NCBI GenBank assembly: GCA_965644315.1
Contig: CBFFRQ010000018.1
Span: forward strand, 558,001-622,000
Direction: 5' to 3'
DNA: 64,000 nucleotides
DNA from: Caecitellus pseudoparvulus
Taxonomy: Eukaryota > Protista > Bigyra: Bicosoecida
A program made the position numbers and the translations under genes. Shown here one piece after another: positions 1-11,800 of the stretch; position 1 is the first letter of the stretch; each line of letters opens with the position of its first letter. Under the pieces are notes generated by a model. The model saw nothing but the letters and a program-made list of their open reading frames with translations, ran no database searches and was not told where the DNA came from.

Positions 1-2081
1 CCCTCTTGTCATCCTTGCGGCAAGATGGGACCAGCCTCCGCGAAACCGAGACCGAGTGGGCCGGCGTTCCCGAGGCTCAGTGGATGCTGCTGTTGGAACC
101 AGTGCGCACTGTGACAACAGACACAGAGGGTCGTGTCAAGGGGGTTGTGTCCCCACCTTCCACACCAGCCCAAGTTGCTACCGTTGTTACTGATGCCAAA
201 CACCGGGAAGCTGCATGGGTGCGGCACTGGCTGAGTTTCCCTCTGTCCTCCGCGGATGTGGTGCGGAGCTTCACAGCTCTGGTGCTTGCCTTGGTTGTTG
301 CTACCACGCTGTACTGTGTGTACATCGGCTCCTCCGTCTTCGGAACGCTCTCTAGCACTCCATTTGTCGTGCGATTCGCGCTTCCATCTGTCTTCGGTCA
401 GCTGACGTCAGCTCCGTTTCACTCGCAGCTGTTACTGGCAGGCGCTGGGTCTGCGGCGGCCGGGGCCAACACCACGGAGCCATCGGCGCTTCTGGCCGCA
501 GCTAGTGGATCTCTGCGGGAGTGGGCTGATGCTATTTCTGAAGCCCCTCCCCAAGCGCTTCTGTTGCAGCAAGTGGTGGAGCAAGGCGAATTCTGTGCGC
601 GCTGTGAGCTGCTGGAGGCAGCATCCGGCGCCTCAAGCACGCTGCCGGACGGGATCCAAGCTGTACATTCTACCCTACACCAAGAGGCTTTGGCTAGTAG
701 CGAAGGCGGTGCTGTCTTCAGATTCACGCAGGTGCCCTCCTTACTCCAGGCGCTCGTGTCGGCGACCTTGGACGCTAGTACGTTGGCAGCATCGAAAATG
801 TCTGCGTCATTCGCTGCCACTTTGGCTGCGCGCAATTACCTTGCTGGTGTGACAATCGTTTTCTTGACCGCCTCAGCTTCCTTTTCAGCAGCAATGTTTA
901 CCCGAGCCAGTAACCGCAAGGGAGCGAACATCCTTTCGAGGACTCTGCAAGACCTGTCGGGTAGCCAATCGTCAAGGGACCTGGCCAAGTCAGCACGAGT
1001 GAAGGCTGGTGTCTCTTGTGCAACCGACCAACTCATTCCCGGGATCACTCTGGGGTCCCTGTTAGTGGCGGGTTTTGCCGCTTTCATGACAGTCTCCCGG
1101 AACGAACCGGAGGGATTGTACCCCACCACTGTAAACGCGCTGCATGCATCTTTTGCGTTTCATGCTGCCGCAGGCAACGCCACGCTTGCGTTTCATCAGT
1201 TTCTAGCCGCTGCGGCGAGTGGTGGTGCGCTTGCTCTTGACGAGGCCATGTCGGGCTTGTCCGCAGCACAAGCAGAGGAAGAACGGTGGCGGAAAGTGCT
1301 TTTCTCCCAAGGCGAGGAGGATACAGGATACATGGTGGCAGGCACACCTCAGGGTCAGCGAGGAGCTGGGGTTACACCTCATGGCACCGCGTGGACGATG
1401 TTTTTCTTCGATGCCTGCTCCCAGCAGGTGACCGCAGCTGAAGACCCACAGGCAGCCAGCCTACTGCCGGGTGGAGGGGTTGCTCGCGACGACAGTCGTG
1501 TGTTGAGCAAGGCTCACCAGCACCTTTGCAGGACGACAGGGAATGGTGTCTTGAGTGAAGGCTGGCTAGCTGCTGCTCTTATGATGCGAAAACATCGAAC
1601 AGTGGCTGCCAGGGCGCTGCTGAGTTGGGGGGGGGCTGGCCGCCAGGTTAGCCAATCCTGCGCACGAGCCCTCCAGCAGGAGCACTGGCAGCAAATGGAG
1701 GCCCTGCTTTCGTTGGAAACAGCAACGGTTCGGCGTATTGCAAACGCCTCGCAGTCCCTCAGACTGCACTGCGCTAACTCCACGGAAGAAGAGCTTGAGC
1801 ACTGGCTGGAGATGGCAGTTGACTCATCCCTGCTTGCCATCGTGCACGGTGAGACGCTGTCCAAGGAAGTCCACCTGCTGCTGGCGAGGCAGTACCTTGA
1901 AGCGGCAGCTCTGTATGCCAGAGTGACAATGATTCCCCTGTCTTGCATCCCTGTCCTCATCGTCCTCATGTACTCTGTGATGATGCCAGTCGCGCTCGTC
2001 AATGCCAGTCAAGTGGCTGCCTCGGAGCTCATGAGGCGATTGTTGCGGGCAAAAGCCCTCAGTAAGAGAGGGCTACCGTGA
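1..2081 (+). CDS. Multi-pass membrane protein, TmcB/TmcC (tiny macrocysts)-like C-terminal region; 5' end lies outside the window
   Basis: Frame is open to the window edge. Four hydrophobic segments (FTALVLALVVATTLYCVYI; YLAGVTIVFLTASASF; LIPGITLGSLLVAGFAAF; IPLSCIPVLIVLMYSVMMP). The FFFDAC...CRTTGNGVLSEGW segment before a terminal TM helix resembles TmcB-like proteins as recalled from memory. Confidence 0.45.
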   Translation, partial: LLSSLRQDGTSLRETETEWAGVPEAQWMLLLEPVRTVTTDTEGRVKGVVSPPSTPAQVATVVTDAKHREAAWVRHWLSFPLSSADVVRSFTALVLALVVATTLYCVYIGSSVFGTLSSTPFVVRFALPSVFGQLTSAPFHSQLLLAGAGSAAAGANTTEPSALLAAASGSLREWADAISEAPPQALLLQQVVEQGEFCARCELLEAASGASSTLPDGIQAVHSTLHQEALASSEGGAVFRFTQVPSLLQALVSATLDASTLAASKMSASFAATLAARNYLAGVTIVFLTASASFSAAMFTRASNRKGANILSRTLQDLSGSQSSRDLAKSARVKAGVSCATDQLIPGITLGSLLVAGFAAFMTVSRNEPEGLYPTTVNALHASFAFHAAAGNATLAFHQFLAAAASGGALALDEAMSGLSAAQAEEERWRKVLFSQGEEDTGYMVAGTPQGQRGAGVTPHGTAWTMFFFDACSQQVTAAEDPQAASLLPGGGVARDDSRVLSKAHQHLCRTTGNGVLSEGWLAAALMMRKHRTVAARALLSWGGAGRQVSQSCARALQQEHWQQMEALLSLETATVRRIANASQSLRLHCANSTEEELEHWLEMAVDSSLLAIVHGETLSKEVHLLLARQYLEAAALYARVTMIPLSCIPVLIVLMYSVMMPVALVNASQVAASELMRRLLRAKALSKRGLP

Positions 2082-2299
2082 TCTTTTTGTGACACACTTA
2101 GACCCTCTGCGGCCCTGTGTGAGTATGTTTGAGGGCCGCGCAGACACCTGGCGTAGTGCAGGGACCACCGGCTTCTGCCTTGCTGGCCTCGTCAGGCGCG
2201 CCCGCCATGGGGACAAAACTGAAACCCCGGAGCATGCGTGACAAGCACAAGCTCATTCCAGTTGTGTTCTTTAACTGCCGTACGCTTTCCAACCTCGGA

Positions 2300-3412
2300 A
2301 TGGCGCTGGAGGCGTCCAGCAGCAGCCGCCAGTGGAGACCTGTCGCGGAATTCGACACGCCCACTCGCAAACACGGGACAGCTGGCTCCTACTCCTTGGA
2401 GCGCATCCAAGATGATTCAGTGTTTGCATATATCCAAGAACTGGCAAAACACACCTACGATGGGCACGATTTCATCACAGTCATGTTTCACAAGTGGCTG
2501 AAGAGCGCACAAACATACTTGTGCGGCATTCGGTACGCTGTTGAGGGTGGTGTGTCTACACCTGCAGTCCCAGAGGACCTACCCAGCTCCCAGGCGGCGG
2601 CTGCTGACGAAACGCATGATCAGCAGACTCTTGCCCCCCAAGGCATCATTGCTTTCATGCTGGTAGACATGCTTGATGCTGGCACAACAGCCTGGCTCGA
2701 AGGCCTGCGAGTGCACCCAGCACACCGGGGCCAAGGGTTGGCCAAGTGGATCAGCCAGCTGTGCGCCTGGCAAGCCGAACACCTCCACGGCTGCCTGCGT
2801 ATTCGGTACACGACCACAACCCAGAACGGTGCAAGCCTGGCCATTGCCAGCAGCCTGGGCATGCACCAATCTGCACAGTGGCTCTTTACAGCCGAGAAGC
2901 TGACACAGGGAAGCCCCTTCGTTGCAGCGCTGCAAGAGCACGCAAGCACCGAGGCAGCGGATGGCATCTCACAGGTTGCCCCCTTGGAGGCCGCTGCAGC
3001 GCTGCTATCGGACCTCGAGCCACGCCCTGCGGCACTCATCCATGATTGGGTAGCGCGGCAAAACGCACCAGAAACCCTGACTGAGTGGGCCGCTACCGGC
3101 GTTACCGTGCATGCTGTTGGGGATAACCCATCCGCAGGCGTGTCATGGAGCAGCACGCGGAGTGTGTTCTCAGGCGGCACTGTGTACCTTTGCGGAGTGG
3201 CTTCCGCCTCCACTCCGGCAACCCTCAGCCACATGCTCTACCACCTTCATGCAGCGCAAGAGAAGGAAGCAGACGCTCTGTGGTGTTTTACGCCTCATGA
3301 CCAGGCAGCTGAGCTGGAGTCCTTCGGCTGCACCGGCATTGGCAGCGTGGGCAGTGTCGCACAGGCGAGCCCCACGTGTGTCATGGTGGAACGCGAGCTT
3401 TCGTCTGGCTAG
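2300..3412 (+). CDS. GNAT N-acetyltransferase, NAT16/histidine N-acetyltransferase-like
   Basis: Acetyl-CoA motif A (LEGLRVHPAHRGQGLA) and the N-terminal TYDGHDFITVMFHKWL, resembling NAT16 YGGLDYL..RYHSWL. No intron apparent. Start ATG 2300 is a guess; in-frame ATGs exist upstream. Confidence 0.75.
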   Translation: MALEASSSSRQWRPVAEFDTPTRKHGTAGSYSLERIQDDSVFAYIQELAKHTYDGHDFITVMFHKWLKSAQTYLCGIRYAVEGGVSTPAVPEDLPSSQAAAADETHDQQTLAPQGIIAFMLVDMLDAGTTAWLEGLRVHPAHRGQGLAKWISQLCAWQAEHLHGCLRIRYTTTTQNGASLAIASSLGMHQSAQWLFTAEKLTQGSPFVAALQEHASTEAADGISQVAPLEAAAALLSDLEPRPAALIHDWVARQNAPETLTEWAATGVTVHAVGDNPSAGVSWSSTRSVFSGGTVYLCGVASASTPATLSHMLYHLHAAQEKEADALWCFTPHDQAAELESFGCTGIGSVGSVAQASPTCVMVERELSSG

Positions 3413-3703
3413 CAGCCACCGCCGTCCAGCTGCGAGGTTTTGTCAATTCCGCGAAACTCATGCTGGGGGCATGCTGCAGGCACGGCGTGCTGCCTCGCAC
3501 ACCGTCTGCCCACATGAGTTGGCATCGCACAGGGCCAGCGCGAGCAAATTACACCCAACCCCTAGTGCAGCACCTTCTCAGACGGGTGTCAAGTGGCTTG
3601 GACACAGTCCTCAAAGTGCGAGTTCCCCCTGCAAGTTGCGCCTTGCTTTCAGCGGCCACTCGCACGAGCAGCTGCCGCTGCATCGCCAGAGAGACAGTTC
3701 ACC

Positions 3704-4240
3704 ATGTCGGCTGCCGAAGACGCTGCCAAGCGGCATGGAGCGCTGGACGTGACGCTCCAACTTGCTGGCCAGCAAATGTATTTGAATGAGCGAGGCGTCT
3801 GGGTCTCAAGTGCGGCTGCTCTGCGCGCTGCCTGCCCTGCGCCTCCGCTGCACCGTAACGCCAATCCTCGACGCAGGCGCCGCACACTCAGTGCCGGACA
3901 CTGACATGACGTCCTACAAAGAGCGAGTCGAAAGGGTGGAGTCCGAGGCTACAACTCTGCTTGCCAAGGTGCACAAGCTGGAGGAACAGCGCCAGCTATT
4001 GGAGTTCAAGAACCGCGTCCTCACCGAGATGGTGTGTGAAACACTGGCGAAACGCTCGACGGCTCGTGCGAACCCACAGGAAGCTTCCCACGCGCGCCTA
4101 CTTGCTTGCTGCCGCAGCTTGCAGTTTCACAGTTGGACACACAGAAGTCCATGGCCGAGTTGAAGCGGGAGAAGTTGAAGGTGGAAGCTCTCAAGTGGGA
4201 GCTGGCCCATGTGTCCCTGCACCGAGCCGAGCAAGAGTGA
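3704..4240 (+). CDS. CBY1: Chibby-family coiled-coil basal-body protein (3 exons)
   Basis: Spliced by hand (introns 3810-3876 or 3810-3891, and 4032-4117): MSAAEDAAKRHGALDVTLQLAGQQMYLNERGVWVS...VHKLEEQRQLLEFKNRVLTEM|LAVSQLDTQKSMAELKREK. This matches the Chibby pattern LAGQSLKFENGQW...LEEENNLLRLKVDILLDML. Confidence 0.75.
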
Positions 4241-4316
4241 CTGCGCAGCAAGGTGGTGCCAGCTTGCCACGCTATGCCAGCACGCTGCATTGGGCAGGCC
4301 TGAGATGTTCCGCCAA

Positions 4317-7300
4317 CTACTCCGTATCGGAAGAGTCACTGCCTCCCTGAGCTGCTGCCAGCATGGCAGCCTGCCTTGCGGAGTGTCCAGTCACAGCCCG
4401 GAGTAACAGGGCCCGGTTCAAGTGGGCAGTTTGGTCCACGACCGTTCCCACGGAGCCCAATGCAGAAACCACATTCACTGGCACGGGAAGCTTCGTGCTC
4501 TGGCGCACGCTTGGCCCGCTGCCCCCGTCAGACGCAGTGGAGTCGCTGTCGTCACTGTTGCTGCTGCCAGCCGCATCTGCACCGGCGGCCTCCGCATAGC
4601 GATCAAGTTGCTGCACAAGTTGGAAGCGGGGCGCACCTTCTGTACCACTGGAACGCACTTGCTGCATCACATAGCGTTTTGTGACTGGAGGTGAAGGTGC
4701 AAAGCCTGCTGCGGGTGGCTTGCTGCCGCCCCGCCCGAAGTCAGGCGAGCGGATGTACTTCTCAGCACTCTCGCTGTCCATGCGCATGCTCCGCAACACC
4801 TCCAGGGTGCCCTTCAGCTCGTCCAAAGATGCCTGTGAGGACACTTCAGCTCCTGAAGACGCTCCTGGCGAGCTTGCACCCTTGGAGTGTACCGAAAAAT
4901 ACGACTTGTGATCAGTTGAGTGTCCGCTGCCGCGTGCAGGCACTTGGCCGGCCAAGGCTTGGCCCTCCCTGATATGCCCATGCCCGACCATATCTGCGTG
5001 ATCTGCGGGAGAGGCTGGATGGGACGCGTCAGGGGACAGGGACATGGAGATTGAGTGCGGCGTGTCAGGGAGGGAGGCGTGCCCCTTCCCAGCACCTCGC
5101 ACAGGAACTGGTGGGGAAACCAGCCCAGACGCGATGCCAGGCAGAGGCAGCTGTCCAGCAGCTCGTGCTGCCGCGGCAGCCTCGGCTGCTTGCCGTGAAG
5201 GCGTGTGCACGTCCAGGGCCAACCCGCTGCCCCCTCCTCGCCGACCCGATTGAGGTGTGTTGGACACTGAGCTCAGGGGCACAGCCACCGACTCCGATCC
5301 GGGCACTGCCAGGCCAAGCTCCTCACGGGCAGGGGAGCCTTGCTCGCTGTCAGAGCTTGCCCGAGGTGGCACATGGGCCACACCACCCTCCACAGTGCCC
5401 TCAGACTCCCCCTCCTCCGAGTCGGCATCTGAGCCCGTACCGCTGTCCGACGCACCCTCGTAACCCAGCCCACCGCAGTCTGAGCTACTGTCACCCCCTG
5501 CCGAAGACGAAGCAAGGTCCAAACTTGAGTCGGCACGGGTGGCCTGGTGCGAGGAGCGTCCCCACACAGCAGCCCAGTGCTGGGCGGCGGGTGCGGCCCT
5601 GGCGACTGCCTCCCACCCCTCCTCCTCTTCCTCGATGTCCTCGTCTGCGCAATCATAAAGTGCCTGCGCGCTGCCACTGCCACGCCGGCGCCGGCGGCCG
5701 TGCTGCAGGGCCTGACGCGACCACCTGGGCACACGCACCTCCTGCCCCACCACCACGCCGCTATCGGCAGCATCGTGACCGACCTCCCCGCCTGCCGCAG
5801 CAGAGTCCCAAGCCGCAACGCTGCCAGTGGCCTGGGAGTCTATATCGTTGTCCCAGCTCCCCACGGACTCGCCGTCGTCAGGCAAGGGTGGCGTGGCGTC
5901 AAAGTCATCCTCATGCGCCTGCCAGTGTCCATCACTCCCTGGCGCATGCAGCACTCGTTCAGTGGGCACGGCGCCTGGGAAGGCGTCAGGCAGCGGAATG
6001 GGGGACTCCTCCCCGCCACCGGCTGCCTCGTCGCCTCCAACTGGAGCGCTCCACGTCCATGAGCCCTCCTCCTCCTCCTCTTCCTCCGCATCTTTCTGTC
6101 TCTCATCGCGCCCCTCCCTCGCGCCAGCTGCCCCAGGGGTGTGGGTCTTAGATTGCAGCTGGCGCCCATGAAAATCCCACCCAGGGCTGTCAGGTTCACT
6201 TGCCTTGGGTGCGTCGGAAGCCCATATGTTCACGGGGGCGGCGGAGGAGGAGGTGGGGGAGGCCGCCACGCCCCCTCGCTGCGTGCTCATGCCTGGAGGT
6301 GCAGGTGGGGGGAAGGCGATGCCGCCGGACGCCGTCACCAGCACAGGGATGGGCAGGCCGCCTCGTCCTTGGGCGTCCAGGCGCGGGGCATGGCGGATGT
6401 ACCGAACTTCCCTTGCAGAGGGGCGGTCCACCGCCAGCCAGTCCCCGCCCTCGCCGTCCTCGACCTCGGAGCCCACGGCGCTGTCTGCTTCGCTAAAGTC
6501 AGTCAGCGGCGTCGCCACAGACTCGCTGTCGGTGGAGACGCGGGAAGAATTGGGAGCGAAGCCCTCTGCGGGCCACTCGGCACCCCCTTCGACCGTTGGG
6601 TCAGACCGGATGGCGTGCTCGTCGATTTCATAATCGTGCACGCCTGCCGCCACGGTGCGGCCCATGGCCACCACAGGGCTGCTGGGGCCACTGGCCAGGG
6701 CGCCGGGTGGCCCGCGAGGCGACTGTGCAGCTGCTCTACCGCCTCGATGGGGTGACGGCCTGGCCCGCATGCCGGCCAGCTGCTGCTTCACGCCCTTGAC
6801 CTTGCTCATGGCCTGCTCCATGTCGGAGGGTGCAGGGCCTGAGACATGCACGCGGACACCGCCCTCGGGCCCCGTGTGCACGCTGCGCTGGGTCCACCCT
6901 GGGCCGGGACTGCCCAGAGGCTGTGCCTCCGCAGGTGCCCCATCCCTGCCTCGCGGGGTGGAGGGGGTGGAGGAAGCATCGCTGCCGTCCACCTGCCACG
7001 GCAGGTCAGCGGGCTCAGGAGAGGGCACCTTGCCAGCCCCTCCCACGCCTCGCCGCTTCACGCCAGACTTGGAGCCGCCCGTTGCCGTCGCACGGCGCTT
7101 GTGCCTGTGCACTGTGGTGGGCTCAGCGGCCGCACGGCGAGAGACGAGTCCCTTGCGGCCCGTGGCACCACGTGGCCGCCGGACCCCGCCCACGTGGGGC
7201 TTGCCTTTCGCTTTGCCCTTGCGCACACTGCCACGCTGGCCGCTGGTGCTGGCTTTGGCTTTGTTGCGCTTGCGGGTGGCACGGCGCACGACAGTGTCGG

Positions 7301-10117
7301 GAGGCACCTCCAGGCTGCCGTTCACAGCCTCCCCCGCACTGAGGGGGGCGGTATCCGAATCGAAGCCAGGGGGCACAAAGCGAGGCGGCTTGCCGAATGG
7401 GAGGTCAGAGCCGGTTGGCGCAGCGGGCGGTCTTGCACGCACACGTTTCCCAACGCGAGCCCGGGTGACGCCTGCAGACGCCGCGCCTCGCGTCGCCTTG
7501 CGCAGGTCCTTGCGGAACGCTGACGTCTTCAGCACTGACTTGGGCACCGTAGCCAGGGCTGCCGCCACATCGGACAAGTACTGCTGCATGATGCTCGCGG
7601 TGTCCGCGCTGATAGTGGAGGCGCCGTCCTCCCACGCACTGCTGCTCTCTGTGCCGCTGTCTTCCGTCGTGTCGGCCGCCCGGTTCTGGAGGAGAGATGC
7701 TGCTGCCAAGGCGGCTGCACTAGCCTGCTCAGCTGCAGCTTGGGCTGCGCGGGCAGCGACTCGAGCATCTTCTGCAGCCTTTTGTGGCGTGAGGTGCCCC
7801 TCTTCGCCAGCAGCGCTGCCCTTCCGAGCTGCTTTGGCCGCATCTGAGTCCAGCGTCAGCACTTCCGCAACCCCCTGGTCCCGGCCTGTGTCGTGAATGC
7901 TCAGCACGCCAACATGGCCCTCCTCGCCTGCCACAGGGGAGTGCGTGTCGGCGCTGTCCCCTGCCACATCTGGCTGGAATGCATCAGGGATGTGGCCCGT
8001 GCGAGAGACGTAGTCGTGGAAAACATCTGGAGATGGGTTGGCGACTTTCCGGCTGGTAGACGGGCGGGGGGAGGCGTGGGGCGGACGAGAGGCGCCAGCG
8101 TCGCCCTGCGACTGCGCAGGCTGGGTTGTGGCCTGGCCTGGGCTGCCCCGCTCGGCTTGTCCCTGTTGCAGCTCCTGGGCAAGGAACTGCCCCATGGGCA
8201 GGTCCCCGAACAGAGCCTTCGTCAGGGCCGCTGCAAGGGCGCCCGAGTCCTGCCCTGCTCCGCCCACCAAATCCTCCTGGGAAAGCCCCCCCGCAGCGAG
8301 GAGGGGCGCCACCACCTGGGCAAGGCCCGAGAGGTCGCCTGCCTCGGCTTGCTCCGAGGCTTGTGCCATGGCGGCCATGACGGAGTCCAGACGGCCGTTC
8401 ATGGTGCTCAGCTGTGCCAACATGGCCTCGTCCTCCTCACCGCCCTCCTGTGAGGCCTGGGGATTGGGCTGCGGGGCAGTTGGTGAGCTGTCCTCCTCGA
8501 AGTCCTCCGTATACTGCGCTGAGTCCTCCGAGGCGGCCTCATCGCCGGCGCCCTCGGCGCCTGGCGTGCCTGCCGAGGGCGCCTCCTCTGGCAGCTCAGG
8601 CACGGTGTCCAGGTCCCCCGTGCCGGCGGGCTTGGCCAAGTGAGGCGGCACGTCAGCTGCCTCGGCGGCCTCCAGCTGCTGCGACAAGTTGTCCCGCAGG
8701 CTGTGCAGATCAGTCAGGCGCTGCTGCAGAGCGGCACGCTGGGCCTGCATGTCCAGCAGCTGCTGGTGCATGCTTCGCAGTTGCTGCAAGTCTTCAGCAG
8801 ACATGGCTTCTTCGCCCGCTTCCCCGTCCGCACCACCCTCTGCGCCGTCTTGCTGGCCCATGTACGTTTGCAAGAACTGCTCGGCCGATGGGCCGCCTTC
8901 TGCACTGGGCTGGGCAGCGCCGTCATCACCTTGCGACACTAGCGCATCATGCAGCGCCAGCAGGCGCGTGAGGCGGTCAGAGAAGCCGGCAAGCTTGCCA
9001 ATCGTCTCCACATCCAGGTCCTCGGGCGGGCCTGCATCCTCCTCTTCGTCGCCCTCTCCACTGCCTTTGTCGGCTGAGTCACCCTCCTCGTCAGGTGCAC
9101 CAGCAGGTGCGGGCTGTGGTGCGTCAGGCACCACCCCCGCCTCGCCATCTTCGCCCTGCAATGCCTCCAGGGACTGCAGCAGCTCTGCCCTCCGCTGCAG
9201 GCGCTCCTGCAGCCTGTGGCGGTGCACAAGCAGGGCCAGCAGCTGGCGCATGTCCTGCTCCTCAATGTCGGAAGTCTCACTCACGTCCAGGCCGAAGGAT
9301 TGCAAGAGGTCCACCACCTGCGCCATGCTGATGGCCTGCGCAAGTTCGTCGGGGGAGATGTCCTCCTCGCCCTCACCCCCTTCGCCCCCCTCACCCTCGT
9401 CCCCCTCCCCGCTGCCGCCGAACTCTGGCGCCTCGCCAGCTGAACCACCAGCAGGTGCTGTGGTTCCGGTCGCAGCATCGGCTTGGGGGCCCTCATGGGC
9501 CTGACTGGCAGCCTCCATCTGTGCCATGCGTGAGGCTAGGTATGCTCGTGTGGCCTCCAGCTGGCGCTTCTGCTCTTGCAGCTCCTGCAGCTGTGCCATG
9601 CGCTCTTGCAGCTGAGCCATGGCCTCCGCACGCGCTGCCAAGTCAGCCTCCTCGCCGGATGCAGCCTCAGCAGTCATTTCTGGTGCTGCGGTGGCGCCTT
9701 TAGATCCATCTGAGGAAGCATCTGTTGGCTGGGGGGCAGGCGGGGCATCTGCTGCGCAGGGGAGGGGGGTGGCAGCTCGGTCGATCGGCGTGGTGTGAAG
9801 CCCCGCACAACGGCGAAACGCCGCTGCCAGCACTGCTCACCCTCCGCCTTGCTCTCCACAGCCGACGGGCCAGAGACTTCCTGCTCTGTAGCAGCCTCAG
9901 GGCTGTGTCCTGCACTCTCGCCTTCCTCAGCCGCAACTCTGCTGGCCAGCTCCTCTCGCAGTGCGGTGAGGCGTGCTGCCTCTTCCTGCTGCACTGCCAG
10001 CTGCCGCAGCAAGCTCTCGCGCTGAGCCATGAGGCTTGCGAGGTACATCTCCTCGTCCTGGGTGCCTTGGGCGCCACGGTCATCCCCGTCGGGATGCCTC
10101 TGGCGGTCACCGTCCAT
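4317..10117 (-). CDS. Very large (~1900 aa) low-complexity protein with N-terminal coiled coils, function unknown
   Basis: 1838-codon ORF plus an upstream exon starting MDGDRQRH at 10117 (intron ~9840-9750, GTGAGC...GCAG). Heptad Q/E/L-rich segments, acidic tracts and a basic K/R-rich middle. Confidence 0.7.
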
Positions 10118-10333
10118 GCTCAACACGAGCACGCAGCCACGTGCGGGCCGTTGGAGCGGAGCACGACCTCTGGCCCTGGTTTGAGGGGCGTCAACCTGCG
10201 AGCAGGTCAGGCAGAGGCTGCAAGCGCCTCCAGGCCGTTGAAGTGACAGTGTGGGCAGGATTGTAGCCACACCCTGCCACTGCAGGTGAAGGGGCGCACT
10301 GCGTTGAGGTGTGGATTGGGGACTGCACGGCGG

Positions 10334-11646
10334 TCATGCCTTGGAGGTCATCTCAGGGACCGCGTCGAACAAATCAGCCACGAGGCCGTAGTCGGCGATC
10401 TCCAGGATGGGTGCCTCGGCGTCCTTGTTGATGGCAACGATGACCTTGCTGTCCTTCATGCCAGCAACGTGCTGGATGGCACCAGAGATGCCCGCGCCGA
10501 TGTACAGTTCGGGCGCCACAATCTTGCCGGTCTGGCCGATCTGCCAGTCGTTGGGGGCATACCCCGCGTCCACAGCTGCGCGAGACGCGCCCACGGCGCC
10601 GCCCAGCTTGTCTGCCAGCTCTTCGATGATCTTGAAGTTCTCAGAGGACTTCAGGGCACGGCCGCCAGCCACGACGACGCGGGCGCCCTCCAGGGCAGGG
10701 CGATCACTGTGCAGGGCAGGAGCAGACAAGGGGGCGCGTGCGGGGGGGCGGGGATGTGCTGCGCGGGGTCGGCGGCATGGCACGCACCTGGCAGCTAGCT
10801 CCTCCGAGACGAACTTGGACAGGCCAGCGTCACCGGCGGAAGCCACGTCCTCCTTGGCCGCGGAGCCGCCCTCTGCGGCGGCCTTCTCGAAGGCCGTGCC
10901 TCGCACGGAGAAGACCTTGATGCTGTCGGACGACTTGACCTTGGACACGGCGTTGCCGGCGTACATGGGGCGCTCGAACGTGTCCTCGTCGAAGACGGCG
11001 GTGATGTCTGAGATGGCGGCCACGTCCAGCTTGGCGGCCACGCGAGGCGTGAAGTTCTTGCCCTGAGCTGATGCTGGTGTGCACATGTGGGTGTAGCCTG
11101 CGCAGGAGGAGGGGGGGGGGTCAAGCAGCGTTTCAGTGGGGAGGGCGCAGCCTCCGCAAGACGCACCTGAAGACTTGACGACGTCAACGACGAGCTTGGT
11201 GATGTTCTCAGCAATGCCGTGTGCATATGCCTGTAGGGTAAAGGAGCAGTGGGGCTTGTGGCTGCTGCCGCTGTGGCCCTGCGCATGAGCACTTCGCAGA
11301 GGTGGCAGGCCAGCCCACGCACGTCATCATCGGCCACCAAGACCTTGCTCACGCCGTCCACTGCAGAGGCGGCATCAGCAACTGCGCCACATGCTTTACC
11401 GGCAACCAGGACATGCACCTGCGCGTGCAGACGGACGCGGAGGGGTGTGCGGTGAGGCCTAGCACAATACGCATGAAGTGCACGCACGTCTCCTCCGACG
11501 GCCTTGGCGGCAGACACGGCGGCGAGGGTGGCAGGGTTCAGCTCCGCGTTGTTGTGCTCGGCCACGACCAAAGTGGAGGCAGCACGGGCGCCGGACATGG
11601 CACGGGCGGCAGCGCGAGCTGCAGGGGCAGCGGCACGGGCCAGCAT
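10334..11646 (-). CDS. ETFA: Electron transfer flavoprotein alpha subunit, mitochondrial (multi-exon)
   Basis: Presequence-like [18 protein letters not shown], then [83 protein letters not shown]. Confidence 0.97.
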
Positions 11647-11800
11647 GGTGCAGCGGTGGCAGCGGAAATATGCAGCAGGTGCAGTGCACTTGGGCAGGGC
11701 AGCAACGCAGGCGGTGCTGTGATGTTGGGCGGGTGAGAGTGCGGTGTGTTGGTGAATTGACAGGCCACGCTGGGTGTTAGCAGGCCCCCTTTGTATGGCG

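Noticed and set aside
5051-9504. Long plus-strand ORFs (e.g. 6655-7896, 5051-6151) and similar antisense ORFs over PMS2, ADH, ARMC9 and HEATR3
   Set aside because: Shadow ORFs expected from high GC and codon bias opposite real genes.
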